From assembly GCA_053919585.1 (NCBI GenBank), contig CM132792.1: a stretch of 64,000 nt of DNA; one strand, 5' to 3'. Position numbers and translations under genes: made by a program. Position 1 is the first letter of the stretch, and every line of letters begins with the position of its first letter. Shown here in pieces: positions 40,104 to 50,730 of this stretch. Origin of the DNA: Euprymna scolopes (Eukaryota). The notes under the pieces are model-generated. The model was not told where the DNA came from. It saw only the letters and a program-made list of their open reading frames with translations, and ran no database searches.

Positions 40104-40229
40104 ACAATATTTTAAAATAAAAAAAATGATAAAAAGCTGAAAACCGCACAATTGTTGATGGCTACACTCTTTTGAATATACATTTTTTCTCTCGTTGGAA
40201 CTACACCACTTAAAATGTATGTATGTATG

Positions 40230-40287
<58 letters not shown>

Positions 40288-40381
40288 ATTATTACATTAT
40301 TGCAAGCCTTCTTTAAGTAGTACTAGGCCTTTAAAAATCTGTACTATTATATAAAGGCCACTATCTATATAACTAAAAAAA

Positions 40382-40870
40382 AGATTAGGGTAATAGTCCG
40401 CAATAAACAAAAATGTATAAATAATACTCATCTCAATAATGAACTCCAATTAAATAATATATACAATACGGTACGGACCCGACCGTGGAAGATCAGATTA
40501 TAATAAACTTGAATTCATAAGACCCAAAGAATTCAACCTTGATCGCCTCTTCGGGTCCGTGACATTGTAGATAGAGACATTGAATCACTACGGTTCCGGT
40601 TGAGAATTGTCTTAAGAGACCGGTTCCAATTCAAGCCAAACCGGCCAGGGGATTATTAGACCAAAACTTGGTGAGACAATAACTCTTACGAGAGGCAGAA
40701 ATTGCAATGGATGCAGTCAGAAGATTCAGAGTTCCTATTTCGTCGCGGTTACCACCTGATGAAGCCAGATTAATAGTTGGCCTAAACGTCAGGAAACATC
40801 TAGGAAATAGATAAGGATAATAGTCCGCAATAAAAAAAAATAATAACTAAGAGTCATCTCAATAATTAAT
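40382..40870 (+). mobile_element. Retrozyme-like non-coding element with ~58-bp direct terminal repeats and two hammerhead relics
   Basis: taatagtccgcaataaa...tcatctcaataat at 40391 and 40818 (period 427). cacCTGATGAagcca..tggccTAAAcgtc at 40753-40790; a more degenerate motif at ~40640-40675. Internal 10-bp inverted repeat acggacccga/tcgggtccgt. Confidence 0.65.
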
Positions 40871-40939
40871 CAATTATACATACTCATTTGTCAAACAAGA
40901 ATTGCTTTGTAATTATTTATAATTTAACTAAGAGTCTTC

Positions 40940-41023
<84 letters not shown>

Positions 41024-41024
41024 A

Positions 41025-41169
41025 TTTTTTGTGACCGAGAGCGGAGGTCTGCTTTAAATATGAAAAATTACAATCGAAATATTAAATACGAAAAGTAACA
41101 TGGTTTTTCATGCTTGAAAAACCTCATACCCTTTAAATCACTATCCTAGAGAATACGTGGTCATTTAAC

Positions 41170-41223
<54 letters not shown>

Positions 41224-41247
41224 GATATAATAATAAACCTTCCTAGG

Positions 41248-41319
<72 letters not shown>

Positions 41320-41475
41320 TTGCAAGGTACAAACGCTTACCATACTATAAATTTCCAGTGTTTTTCAAGTCTTTCATTTTCATTTCGATACTTTCTTATG
41401 ACAAAGAGCGAGGGGACGCTTGAAATATGAAGAATAAATATTAAATAGGAAATATAACATCGTATTGATGCTTCA
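41025..41475 (+). repeat. Diverged direct repeat (period ~367) with hammerhead-like relics
   Basis: tgaccgagagcggaggtctgctttaaatatgaa...aaatattaaata (41032) vs tgacaaagagcgaggggacgcttgaaatatgaa..aaatattaaata (41399). Confidence 0.55.
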
Positions 41476-43013
41476 AATAAACCCTCATTACCTTTTAATC
41501 ACTGTTTTAGCAGCATATGTTGACTTGAACATATTATATATATAAGTGTGTGCGTGTGTTCGCGCGCGCGTGTGTGTGTGTGTGTGTGTCATATGTTGTT
41601 GTTTATGTGATCTTTTAAGAGTCTGTTTCATGACGGAATTATAATTCTCAAAAAGAATTAACCGGTAGGTTGCTTTTCGTTTGCAGAGTTGAAAAATCAT
41701 CTGTGGTCGTTTTTAAGATTTTTTTGTCGATGCCTCGAACACAACAGAAAAATGCGAAGTGAAATGTTGCGTATCGATCAATTCAACAAATGCTTTCACG
41801 TGCAGATGCCCTCTATTACTGATTTCTCGGAGTATTTTCGGCGAAACACAAAGAAAGCGTATTTAAAGTGAATAAAAATTGCCTTTAAGTCTTGTCTATA
41901 TACATGGGCGTCTTCTGCGTTGTATTGCAGTGTTCGATCTCTAGGGGTGTTTCAAGTATTTTGAAAAATCTTGCTTCATGTACGTGTCAGGACTATAGCA
42001 AGCAGTTTACTGTTCTGATTACATCTAGTTATTAAGTCAAAGATGAAGGTCATATTTGCTGCGGCTTTTCATAAGTTCATCTACATAGGTATTGTGCACA
42101 CCAAGTTGGGGTTCGCCACCATACCGCGCATCAGCATTATTGCGCCATAACCCGTCTTTGTGAAATTGAATCAGATCACTCTTCTCCACCACCATTGCCT
42201 CAACTAATCTTGATGAAATGTGGCATGATAATGGTCCCTAACATAGTATCAACTGTGATATAACATGTAAATATTTTAAAACTTTTAGAGGTATTTGCTC
42301 TTACAGCATCCACCTACTGCAAGTGTACAGAAAAGTCTCACGTGGAACGTGGGTATCTTAGCTAGTTTTATTATGAATACGTCTCTAGATTTTAAGAAAT
42401 ACGTGAATATCGTGCAGCAATCCACCAGCCAATATCAAAAAACAATATTGTATAAATTGAGAATTGTCTCAATTTTGTCGACAGTGAATGAAGCGATAGA
42501 CAGAACCAATTTTACGAGAAACCGACAAAACAATATGTCTAATATATCAAACGCAAAGAAATATTAGAGTGGTCGGAACACAAAGAAGCTGAAAAATGAT
42601 TTCTTCTCTAGAAATTAATAATGCATGAATTCCTCTAAACCAGAAAACCTTCATGACAGACCTTGTAAACGTTCTTACTTGCTAAGATATTGACGTCATC
42701 ATTTTGCCATTGACAATAAATAGTTTTGCGCGAAAAAAATCTTCCATTTTAACATGTTACTGTAAATTCTGCAGTGATTTAATAATTTATATTAGCGAGG
42801 TTAATACTTTCATTTGTCGATGGTTTATAACTTCTGTAGCTCTGTCCGCGAAATCTATTTCCTCATTTTAATTTCATATTTATAATGTAATGTAAATTAT
42901 AGACGAAAGTATTTAATATCTTCGTCGTGCTTTTTTGCTAAGCATTAAAAACATACCTGCGGCATAAACTTGACCGAGACTGATTCGATGAAAGATTATG
43001 TTTTATATTTCTA

Positions 43014-43538
43014 CTAGCAAGGTACCTGTGGTTGCCCGGATGTGTAGAGGTGGTATAGTAAGCATAGGCACATTAAAAAGAAAACATCCGGATTTGCCTG
43101 GGTGTGTCAAGTAAACAAATAAAAATCAAAGCAGCAACTGGGTAGAGAGATGTGTTGAAAAAAAATCAAACAAAAAGTGGTAGTAGGCAGACAAGTTCGA
43201 ACCCATAACGCAAATGAGGAAAAAACAACCTTGACTTCTTAATCGAGTTCTCCCTCGCGCGTCCGAAAGTTGAGAATGCCAGATTAAGCACAATCAGTCA
43301 AAAAGAAAAGATGACTTACAAAACTGGCGACCCAAAAAACAATCCCTCCTTGTAGAGAACTACCCGGTTGAGGGTGAGGAAATAAATGTTTTGGCTCAAT
43401 TCTTCGTTATTGGTCGTCCGAAGGATTGATGTTCAAAACGATACCATATTGGTCACGTTTAGTCGTGCCTATCGGAAGTTTTTGGCAGATATACAAACAT
43501 ACACACATACACAGACATAATTTATTTTATATATTACA
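43014..43538 (-). mobile_element. Non-autonomous Helitron (copy 1 of tandem trio)
   Basis: A|CTAG end with a degenerate hairpin (tacctgtggttgcccgg); other end has a CA-rich tract plus ttttatatat. Confidence 0.7.
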
Positions 43539-43578
43539 TCCCTGCATTCAGCCATATATTCTTTTATTTAGAAACAAA

Positions 43579-44801
43579 CTATCGGGCTACCCGGCGTTGC
43601 CCGGGTCTTTGGAGATGTGTATGTAGGGGTGATCCTGTTTAGATATTATAAAAAAAAACACAATGTTTAAAAATTGGAAAAACCATAGCAAAAGGCCACC
43701 ATTCGCCCATGTATGGAGTATTGCTGTCATATTTGGGCTGGTGCATCTGCTACGAGTCTCTCGCTCCTAGACAAGGTTCAAAAGAGAGTCGGTAATCAGC
43801 TAGGTTCTGAACGGTCATCTAAACTTCAGCCTCTGTCCCATCGATGAAATGTTGTATCCCTCTGCCTGTTCTACAAGTACTTTAATGATGAATGCTCTGA
43901 CAAATTGAAAGCACTTGTGCCCCCTACATGTAAATACCCTCGACAAATCTGACAAGCAGAAAAAACCCACTCCGTCACGGTAGAGATCCCTAGATGTAAG
44001 AGAGCTTTTTACTCCAGTAGTTTCTTCTCCAGAACCGCTAGAGTTTGGAATCCCTGCTTCCTCAACTGTACTAACACGCAGAAGATCGAGTGTAGCGTAA
44101 GCCAACATCTTGCGACCCAACTCCCTACACAGTACCCATGATGATTAGGTACCTGATAGTAACGCCCTACAGCAAAGTGGCACTGTGCCTTGCTTGGGGC
44201 TAACATGCAATAAAAAATAAAAATAGCGAACAAACGTAAAAAAAAAGCAACAACAAAAATGGCATAAATAACCCTGTTTAAACCTGCAATCTTAAAATAT
44301 CAATTGATGACCGCGTATTTGGAGGTGCGTGTCTAGGTCAGGTGAAGTAAAGAATAAGCGAAGTAAAAAAAAAACGTTGCCCGGTTGTTTGGAGATGTAA
44401 AAGCGGGAAACGTAGGAAGATAGAATCGAACCTGAAGCATCGAGGCTAAGGCAGAAAAAGTATGACACGTTACTCCTTACGCCAAAGCGACATACAACTG
44501 AAAACGGATAAAATTAAACCTTTAAGATCACTTGCAGGTGGTTTAAACTAACGTCTATTCGCAGGAGGAGAGAAAATGGAGGAACGATTTTTTCGCAATG
44601 TCCTTGAAGAAAAAAGGTCCAGTTTAGGGTGAAGGAATGAATGCTTTTAGCCAATTTTTCGATTGTTGTCGTCCAAGATATCGAGCTTCAGAACGATAGC
44701 TAACTCGTGAAAATTCGTCGCTTCTGTCCAGAGTTTTTGCGAGACATAGTATCACACACAATCACACACACAAGTACACACATTTTGGTTTTTATATATA
44801 T
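43579..44801 (-). mobile_element. Non-autonomous Helitron (copy 2) carrying a CR1 fragment
   Basis: Hairpin cccggcgttgcccggg near a CTAG-like end; other end cacaca..ttttatatatat. Confidence 0.75.
43690..44222 (+). mobile_element. 3' fragment of a CR1-type LINE (same family as 12276-13737)
   Basis: KATIRPCMEYCCHIWAGASATSLSLLDKVQKR; 3' UTR caaagtggcactgtgccttg shared with 13681-13700; A-rich tail. Confidence 0.92.
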
Positions 44802-44802
44802 A

Positions 44803-45634
44803 CTAGCTAGGGGTATCCGGCGTTGCCCGGGTGTTTAAAGGTGTGTGTGCTCGGGCGCGATTGGGGGGTGTTAATCAAAACATAATAATAAGGGAAGTAA
44901 ATATTAAAAAAAAACACACACAACGTAAGACAAACGAACGATGTTAAATATAAAAATAGGAAAAAAAATGAAAACAGAAAAACCAACGTTAAATCATCTT
45001 TAAAAAATCTAACCCCCCCCCAAAAAAAACACGTGAAAAATGACTTCGGGGGGTACCAGCCGTTGCCCAGGGGTTTTGGGGTGTGTGTGGTCGGGCGGGG
45101 GTTACGGGTGTGAATGAAAACCTAAGAATAAGCCAAGTAAATAAAAACTAACGTAAGTCAAACACGAAACAGAAAAACGAACGTTACGTGAAAAATGGCT
45201 TGAATAACTCTGTTTCTATATAAAAATTGAAAAAAAAAACACATCTGACATTATGATTCGAACCCAAAACTTGTAGATAATGAGGCCACGCTCTAAGCAA
45301 CTGAGCTAAGACGATGTCGACAGAATTGAGTCGCTTTTTCAAATATTTCATCTAAATCAGGTTGCGACGTCGTTTGCGCATGCCTAGAACCGAACTCCTC
45401 ATGAGAGAACGGTTTTTGCTGAATCCCCCCGTGTAGAAAACTGCTGATTTCAGGGTGAAGAAATCAACGTTTTTGGCCAAGTTTGGAAGTTTGAAATGAT
45501 ACCGATCTGGCGAAAATCCGTGCCCCGTGTCGAATGTTTTTGCTAGACATACGACCACACATACATACATACATACAGACACACACACATACTTACAAAC
45601 ACACATTTTCGCTTTTTATGTATATAGATATAGA
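44803..45634 (-). mobile_element. Non-autonomous Helitron (copy 3)
   Basis: Minus strand begins A|TCtatatctatata and ends with hairpin cccgggcaacgccgg...CTAG|T. Internal duplication of the 3' ~240 bp (44810 vs 45050). Confidence 0.82.
45243..45315 (-). pseudogene. tRNA(Met)-like degenerate sequence inside Helitron copy 3
   Basis: Minus strand: TAGCTCAGTTGCTTAGAGC (D arm/A box), CTCATTATCT (CAT anticodon region), GGTTCGAATC (B box). Acceptor and anticodon stems are broken. Confidence 0.6.
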
Positions 45635-46003
45635 TTACGCTTACTGAGTTATAGTACATGAAAATGCGTTTATTCCATCTATTGGCAATATTTTTTAAAT
45701 TACAAAAAATTAGGCGTATATCTATTGAGACATTTTGATATCCCACAAGACAAAGCACCTGTTAAACTTTAGGGATTTCATGTTATGTGGGCATTATAAT
45801 ATTTTAAATAGGTAACCAAAATATAAAATAAATATTACCCAAGTAAACTCAGAGGGAAACAAGTTTTTCATCAAAAAGTGACCGTACGAAATAATCAAAA
45901 TATACAATGTATATATTTAATAAAATCTAAATCTGAATTTTTCACTTTAATGCTTTTTTTTTACAGTTTTAACTACGTTTAACGGATTCTAATAATAATC
46001 CCC

Positions 46004-46086
<83 letters not shown>

Positions 46087-46191
46087 AAAATAATTAAACT
46101 CCTTATTTCATAAACACTGTCCCATTAGACATGGACACCTGTGCAAATAATTTACTACGTATCACATTTCAGGAATAATGGTTATATATAG

Positions 46192-47408
46192 CAAGGTGTA
46201 AAGGATAAATTAGTAGTAATTTTAATCTGTAATTTAGATTTGTTTAAGGAGCTTGATTATTCTGAAATGTAAGTTGCTGTACTCTCAGAAATTTAGTGTT
46301 TCAAACTAACTACGTAAATATTCTAACGGTGAGTGCCGGTTACACCATAACAATAGAAAAGTTATTGCTGAATATTTGAGCGGCGAGTATAAAATGAATG
46401 ACAATATAATAGACACCGTCTATGTTCCTGTTTTATCGTGCTATAATGAATTCAACGGATCACTAAAAAAATCCAATGGAAGGCTCACAATCAAAGAAGT
46501 GAAAACATCGGCATCAAAAAAGTTTCCCCGTTCTTTGAAACGGTCCATTGCAGCAAACCAATCACAGCTAATAACTGAACTAGCTAAAAGGTCATATATG
46601 ACAAAAGTGGCCATTACTTATTCAGTACGGAAATATCTTGGAATAAACTAAGACTATTTGTTACTAGAGAAGTTACCTGCTGCTCAATCAGCTGAAATAC
46701 TATGGTGGTTCCATACGCATTTTTGTGGACGAGAAAAAATCGTGGTAGACGAAGTCTCCAACCAAAGAAACATTAGAGTTCTCGCCAATTACACTTTAGA
46801 TCATTATCCACTCAGGAAAAGTAAACGCCCTGCTTCTATTATCGTGTTTGCAGTTATTCCTAGCGATGGGAAATCCATGCCTCCTCACTTCATTAATGTG
46901 ACCTGAAGATCAATACGTTTAATATGTGAATGTCCTGGATGAAGATTCCTTCTCCTGTATAAAGAAACATGATCCCAAGAATGCAATGCTCATCCAGGCT
47001 CTGCATCTGCATATGGGTCTAAAACGATGTAGAACGTCTCGAAGAGAAGTGGTCCTTTTTGTATTCTACAATATTGGCCTCCTTCTTTGCAAGATTTAAA
47101 CTCGTGCGACTTTTGATTATGTGGCGATTTTGAGAAGGTTGCTCGCCCTCATAACAGTATGACCTCCGTGAAGACTTCTATATGGTGCACATTCGCTTCA
47201 AGATAGAATCAGGTGTCAAGGCCTTACATGTACTTAGGATTCGCGTCCAGTATGTTGTGGGCGCAGAAGGTAGCTGAATAGAAGAAAATATATGTATTTG
47301 CTTGTTTTTAATAAGGCAGTTACGTAACATACACCTCCATGTTACTGTCCCTTTTATTTTGCGTGGAAGTTTGAGATATCACACTACTATTTTATCGTTT
47401 TAATCTTA
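46192..47408 (+). mobile_element. Decayed DD37D/maT-type Tc1/mariner transposon
   Basis: EKIVVDEVSNQRNIR, KRPASIIVFAVIPSDGKSMPPHF, WPPS..DLNSCDF and VVGAEG. Imperfect TIRs aaggtgtaaaggataaattagtagt / actactattttatcgttttaatctt. Confidence 0.82.
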
Positions 47409-49548
47409 TAATTTCTTTCTACCTTTCCCATTTCACAAGTCATATAGCCAGCGGTATTTTTCGTCTATTAAGTGACTATCTACTCTATTTTCTCCATACA
47501 TACTTTGCATTATCAAAGATATATTATGTAGCAAAAATAAATTATTTACTCTAAATACATGCTTAAAACAGTTCTACTTATGAATTAACAAAACTAAATT
47601 TGGACATATGAGCTTCTACATTTAACAATAATCGTATAAAAAGTTGTATTCTCCCTTTTTTATCAGAAGGAAAATCAGGTTGTCTGTAGTGAACATGTGT
47701 ATATTTAAATTCAATAAAACGTATGCAAAAAAGGATATCTGATTTTTAATAAAAAATTATTTATCTTAAAAAAAATGGTCTTAATTTAGAATAACAAATG
47801 AAAATTTACGGAGAAATTTATATTTTAAATCTGGTAAATTACAACTGTCACTGACACATTCATAAGTAAATCATATGCTGTTATACTTAGATAATTGTTT
47901 GAATTTTAAGAAAGTGCAAACAAGACATACATGAAAATAATTACCGTCTGTTTATTGTCAATAATAAATTCATAAAGCTCCTTAGTTCATAGGGGTTGTA
48001 TGCTACCTTGTTAGGATACACTGTAACAATCTTTTTCTTTTCATAAGAAAAATAGCTTAAAAATACATTGTTATATGAACGTTTTGTTCATCACACATTT
48101 TGTGTGATGGCAAATGACATATGTTTTTTTAATATAAACAGACGGAACTGGAGAATGTCAAATTCTAACAGATTTAAATTAAGGTTGTTGTTTTGTTGTT
48201 TTTGTTGTAAGACCTATCAAGCTTCTTTTAGGTTCTTTAATGCCGAATCCAGTCATTTTGAAGAAAAAGTTTAATAGAATACACTTGTCTTTTTTTTAAG
48301 TCAGTTTCTGTTGAACTCATATTTGGGACCCTAACAGGTACTATCACTCCAAGTCAGAGTGGACCTGGGAGCAATGAGAATTAAGGTGAAGTTCCACACT
48401 CCTCAAAACAACAACCTCGGGACTCACCATCGGATATAGTTTAAGGTCATAACACGGCTTTTAAATGAAGACAGTCCAATAAGTATCACATACATTAAAT
48501 ATGCAATTAATGTAAGTAACAAGAAAAATAAGTAAAATATGAAGATCAGAATAAAGTAACAGTTAAGATAAACAGAATTTAATGAGGAAACACCCAATAC
48601 GGTCCTAAACCAATTATAAAATTGAAAAACGTCGAGACCATGATGGTATCCATGAACACTTGTTCCAAAAAAAAAGGACACTACATGATAGATTGGTGCA
48701 AAGTCTGTGAATACGTATCTGCAAAACGGATGTAGCAAGTGGGTGACATAAGGAAGATTTTCATGAAGCTTCTGCGCAAAGGGGTTTATTAAACGATGAT
48801 AACATTTCGCAGGTGTTATTTCTTTTTAGTGCTACACTTTTCGTTTATATTACGAAAATGAAATTGTGGTGAAAAAAAGATTACAGAGTAAACCATTGCC
48901 TATAGAATACTTAAAATATATATACGAATAATGTAAACGATCAAAGTATGTTTTGTGGAGTGTTCACATGTTGATTCGTGGCATCTATATAAGATTCGGC
49001 ATGAAAATATGTGGTGCATTGAGATTTTAAATCAAGGACAAATTAGTAAAATGAAATAATATTTTTATAGTAAGGAAATTATAAATAAGATAAAGAAATA
49101 AATATATACATACTTAGAAATTGTGAAATAAGATAAAAGAAAAGGAGATATTACATTTGGAGTTAGCCATTATAGCGTTTTTAAAAAGCATCAAATCACT
49201 AATTTAATGTTTAAAAACTCTGATTGAATCGGGTCGGTATATGAATTTAATTGAACGATTTAGAGCAGAATCGATAATTGTCATCATATTGAGAACAATT
49301 TAGAACCACTGCATCACTAGGTTCGAATCGATCCGATAGGAACCAAGGAATGTTTTTAACTTCGAGTCAGTATTCTATTGATAAAATAGTCAATATAAAA
49401 TGAGACCTGTAATAACAAATACGAAATATGATTGAACTAAAATATAATAAACTGTATTTTGAGATCGGTCAATGCCGACGCTTTCTCTTGCGCCTGAATA
49501 AAACACGTGATTTTTTCGGCTATTTGCATGACACTGGTCACTAGCTAC

Positions 49549-49600
49549 ATTTTATCTATCTATCTGTCTATCTATCTATTAAAATATCTATATCTATCTA

Positions 49601-49660
<60 letters not shown>
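49549..49660. repeat. (TATC)n/(TC)n/(TA)n compound microsatellite
   Basis: Direct inspection. Confidence 0.9.
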
Positions 49661-49711
49661 GGCACTGTTTATTTGTTATTCGATAAGTAGTGATAAGTTA
49701 CTACACAGTCA

Positions 49712-49768
49712 TGAATATGTTTCGTTCAGTTAGTTATCAATAACTAGATTCATCTTCAGGCAGTGCAG
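49712..49768 (-). ncRNA. Hammerhead-like motif
   Basis: Minus strand CTGAAGA-tgaatc-tagttat(tg)ataacta-actgaac-GAAA-cat: both core boxes and a stem II hairpin. Stems I and III imperfect; adjacent to (TA)n. Confidence 0.45.
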
Positions 49769-50471
49769 TTATACGAAAGCAATATTTGCAATGAAAATAC
49801 CAGATCTCCTACGTCGGAGAGAGTTTATATCAGGAGGTTTCCAACAATTGTGTAAAAAGCAAGAGTTATTTCTACGTAAATAAGCCCTGATAGGGGGTCG
49901 GATTTGACTGCTTTTAAATATAGGAATATAATGGGAAAGAATGGGCGTTTAAGCTCGATATGGATATAATGGAAGACTAAAACATAGTATGCATATGCGT
50001 GTGTGATAGCCACCCTAAATATTTAACATACTAATGTATATAGGTTCAAACAGTAGGGAGACGTGGATTAGACATATCAATGCTACAAAGGGTTTTAGAT
50101 TAAATCGGGGTTATCTAGCAAAAAATGCTTTTAAGTTGAAGTATATCTGTGTGGTAAGAATATGTACGACTTTCCTTGACTTCTTGTATATTCCCACCGA
50201 TCCATTTACATCACTAAGCGTATTAATAAAGAAAGTAAGAAAAAGATGAGAAAATAAAAAGCCGCAAGGGAAAAAGAAATGAAATTTAGAAAGAAGCCAG
50301 GAGGAATGAATAAAGAACCCACTAATTATTATATTAACGGTGAATCTAACCCTAATCCTTACCCTTTCAACTCGTTCCCCGTCCCTGTCGACCCCTCGCA
50401 CCCTTACTCCCATCTCTCATCATAGTTTTTTTTTTAATTATTTCCTACCTAAAGCTTTGAAAGTTTTATAC

Positions 50472-50730
50472 TAATAATAATGATAATGATCAGAATGATA
50501 ATGATAATAATAATAATAATAATAATACTGATAATGATATTATGATAATGATAACGATAATCATAATAATGATTATGATAATGATAATGATAATAATTAT
50601 AATGATAGTAATAATAAACTAAATGGTAATAACACTGATAACATTAATAGTAACGATAATAATGATAATAATAATGATAATAATAATATAAATAATGATG
50701 ATGATTATAATAAGATAATAATAATAAATA
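50472..50730. repeat. (AAT/GAT)n low-complexity tract
   Basis: Direct inspection. Confidence 0.9.

Larger units (their letters stand above)
36785..40210 (-). mobile_element. Penelope-like element: 5'-truncated RT/GIY-YIG copy fused head-to-head with an inverted 3' terminal repeat
   Basis: Minus-strand TAMRTKMAPTYA and WKRYLDDCF. 36785-37250 is the reverse complement of ~39500-40120 (e.g. actaaatgtgtttttcagagaaatgtcagt vs actgacatttctctgaaaaacatatttagt). Hammerhead in the right arm. Confidence 0.88.

Noticed and set aside
41600-42750. Possible minus-strand mariner relic
   Set aside because: One weak C-terminal-like motif and no TIRs found.
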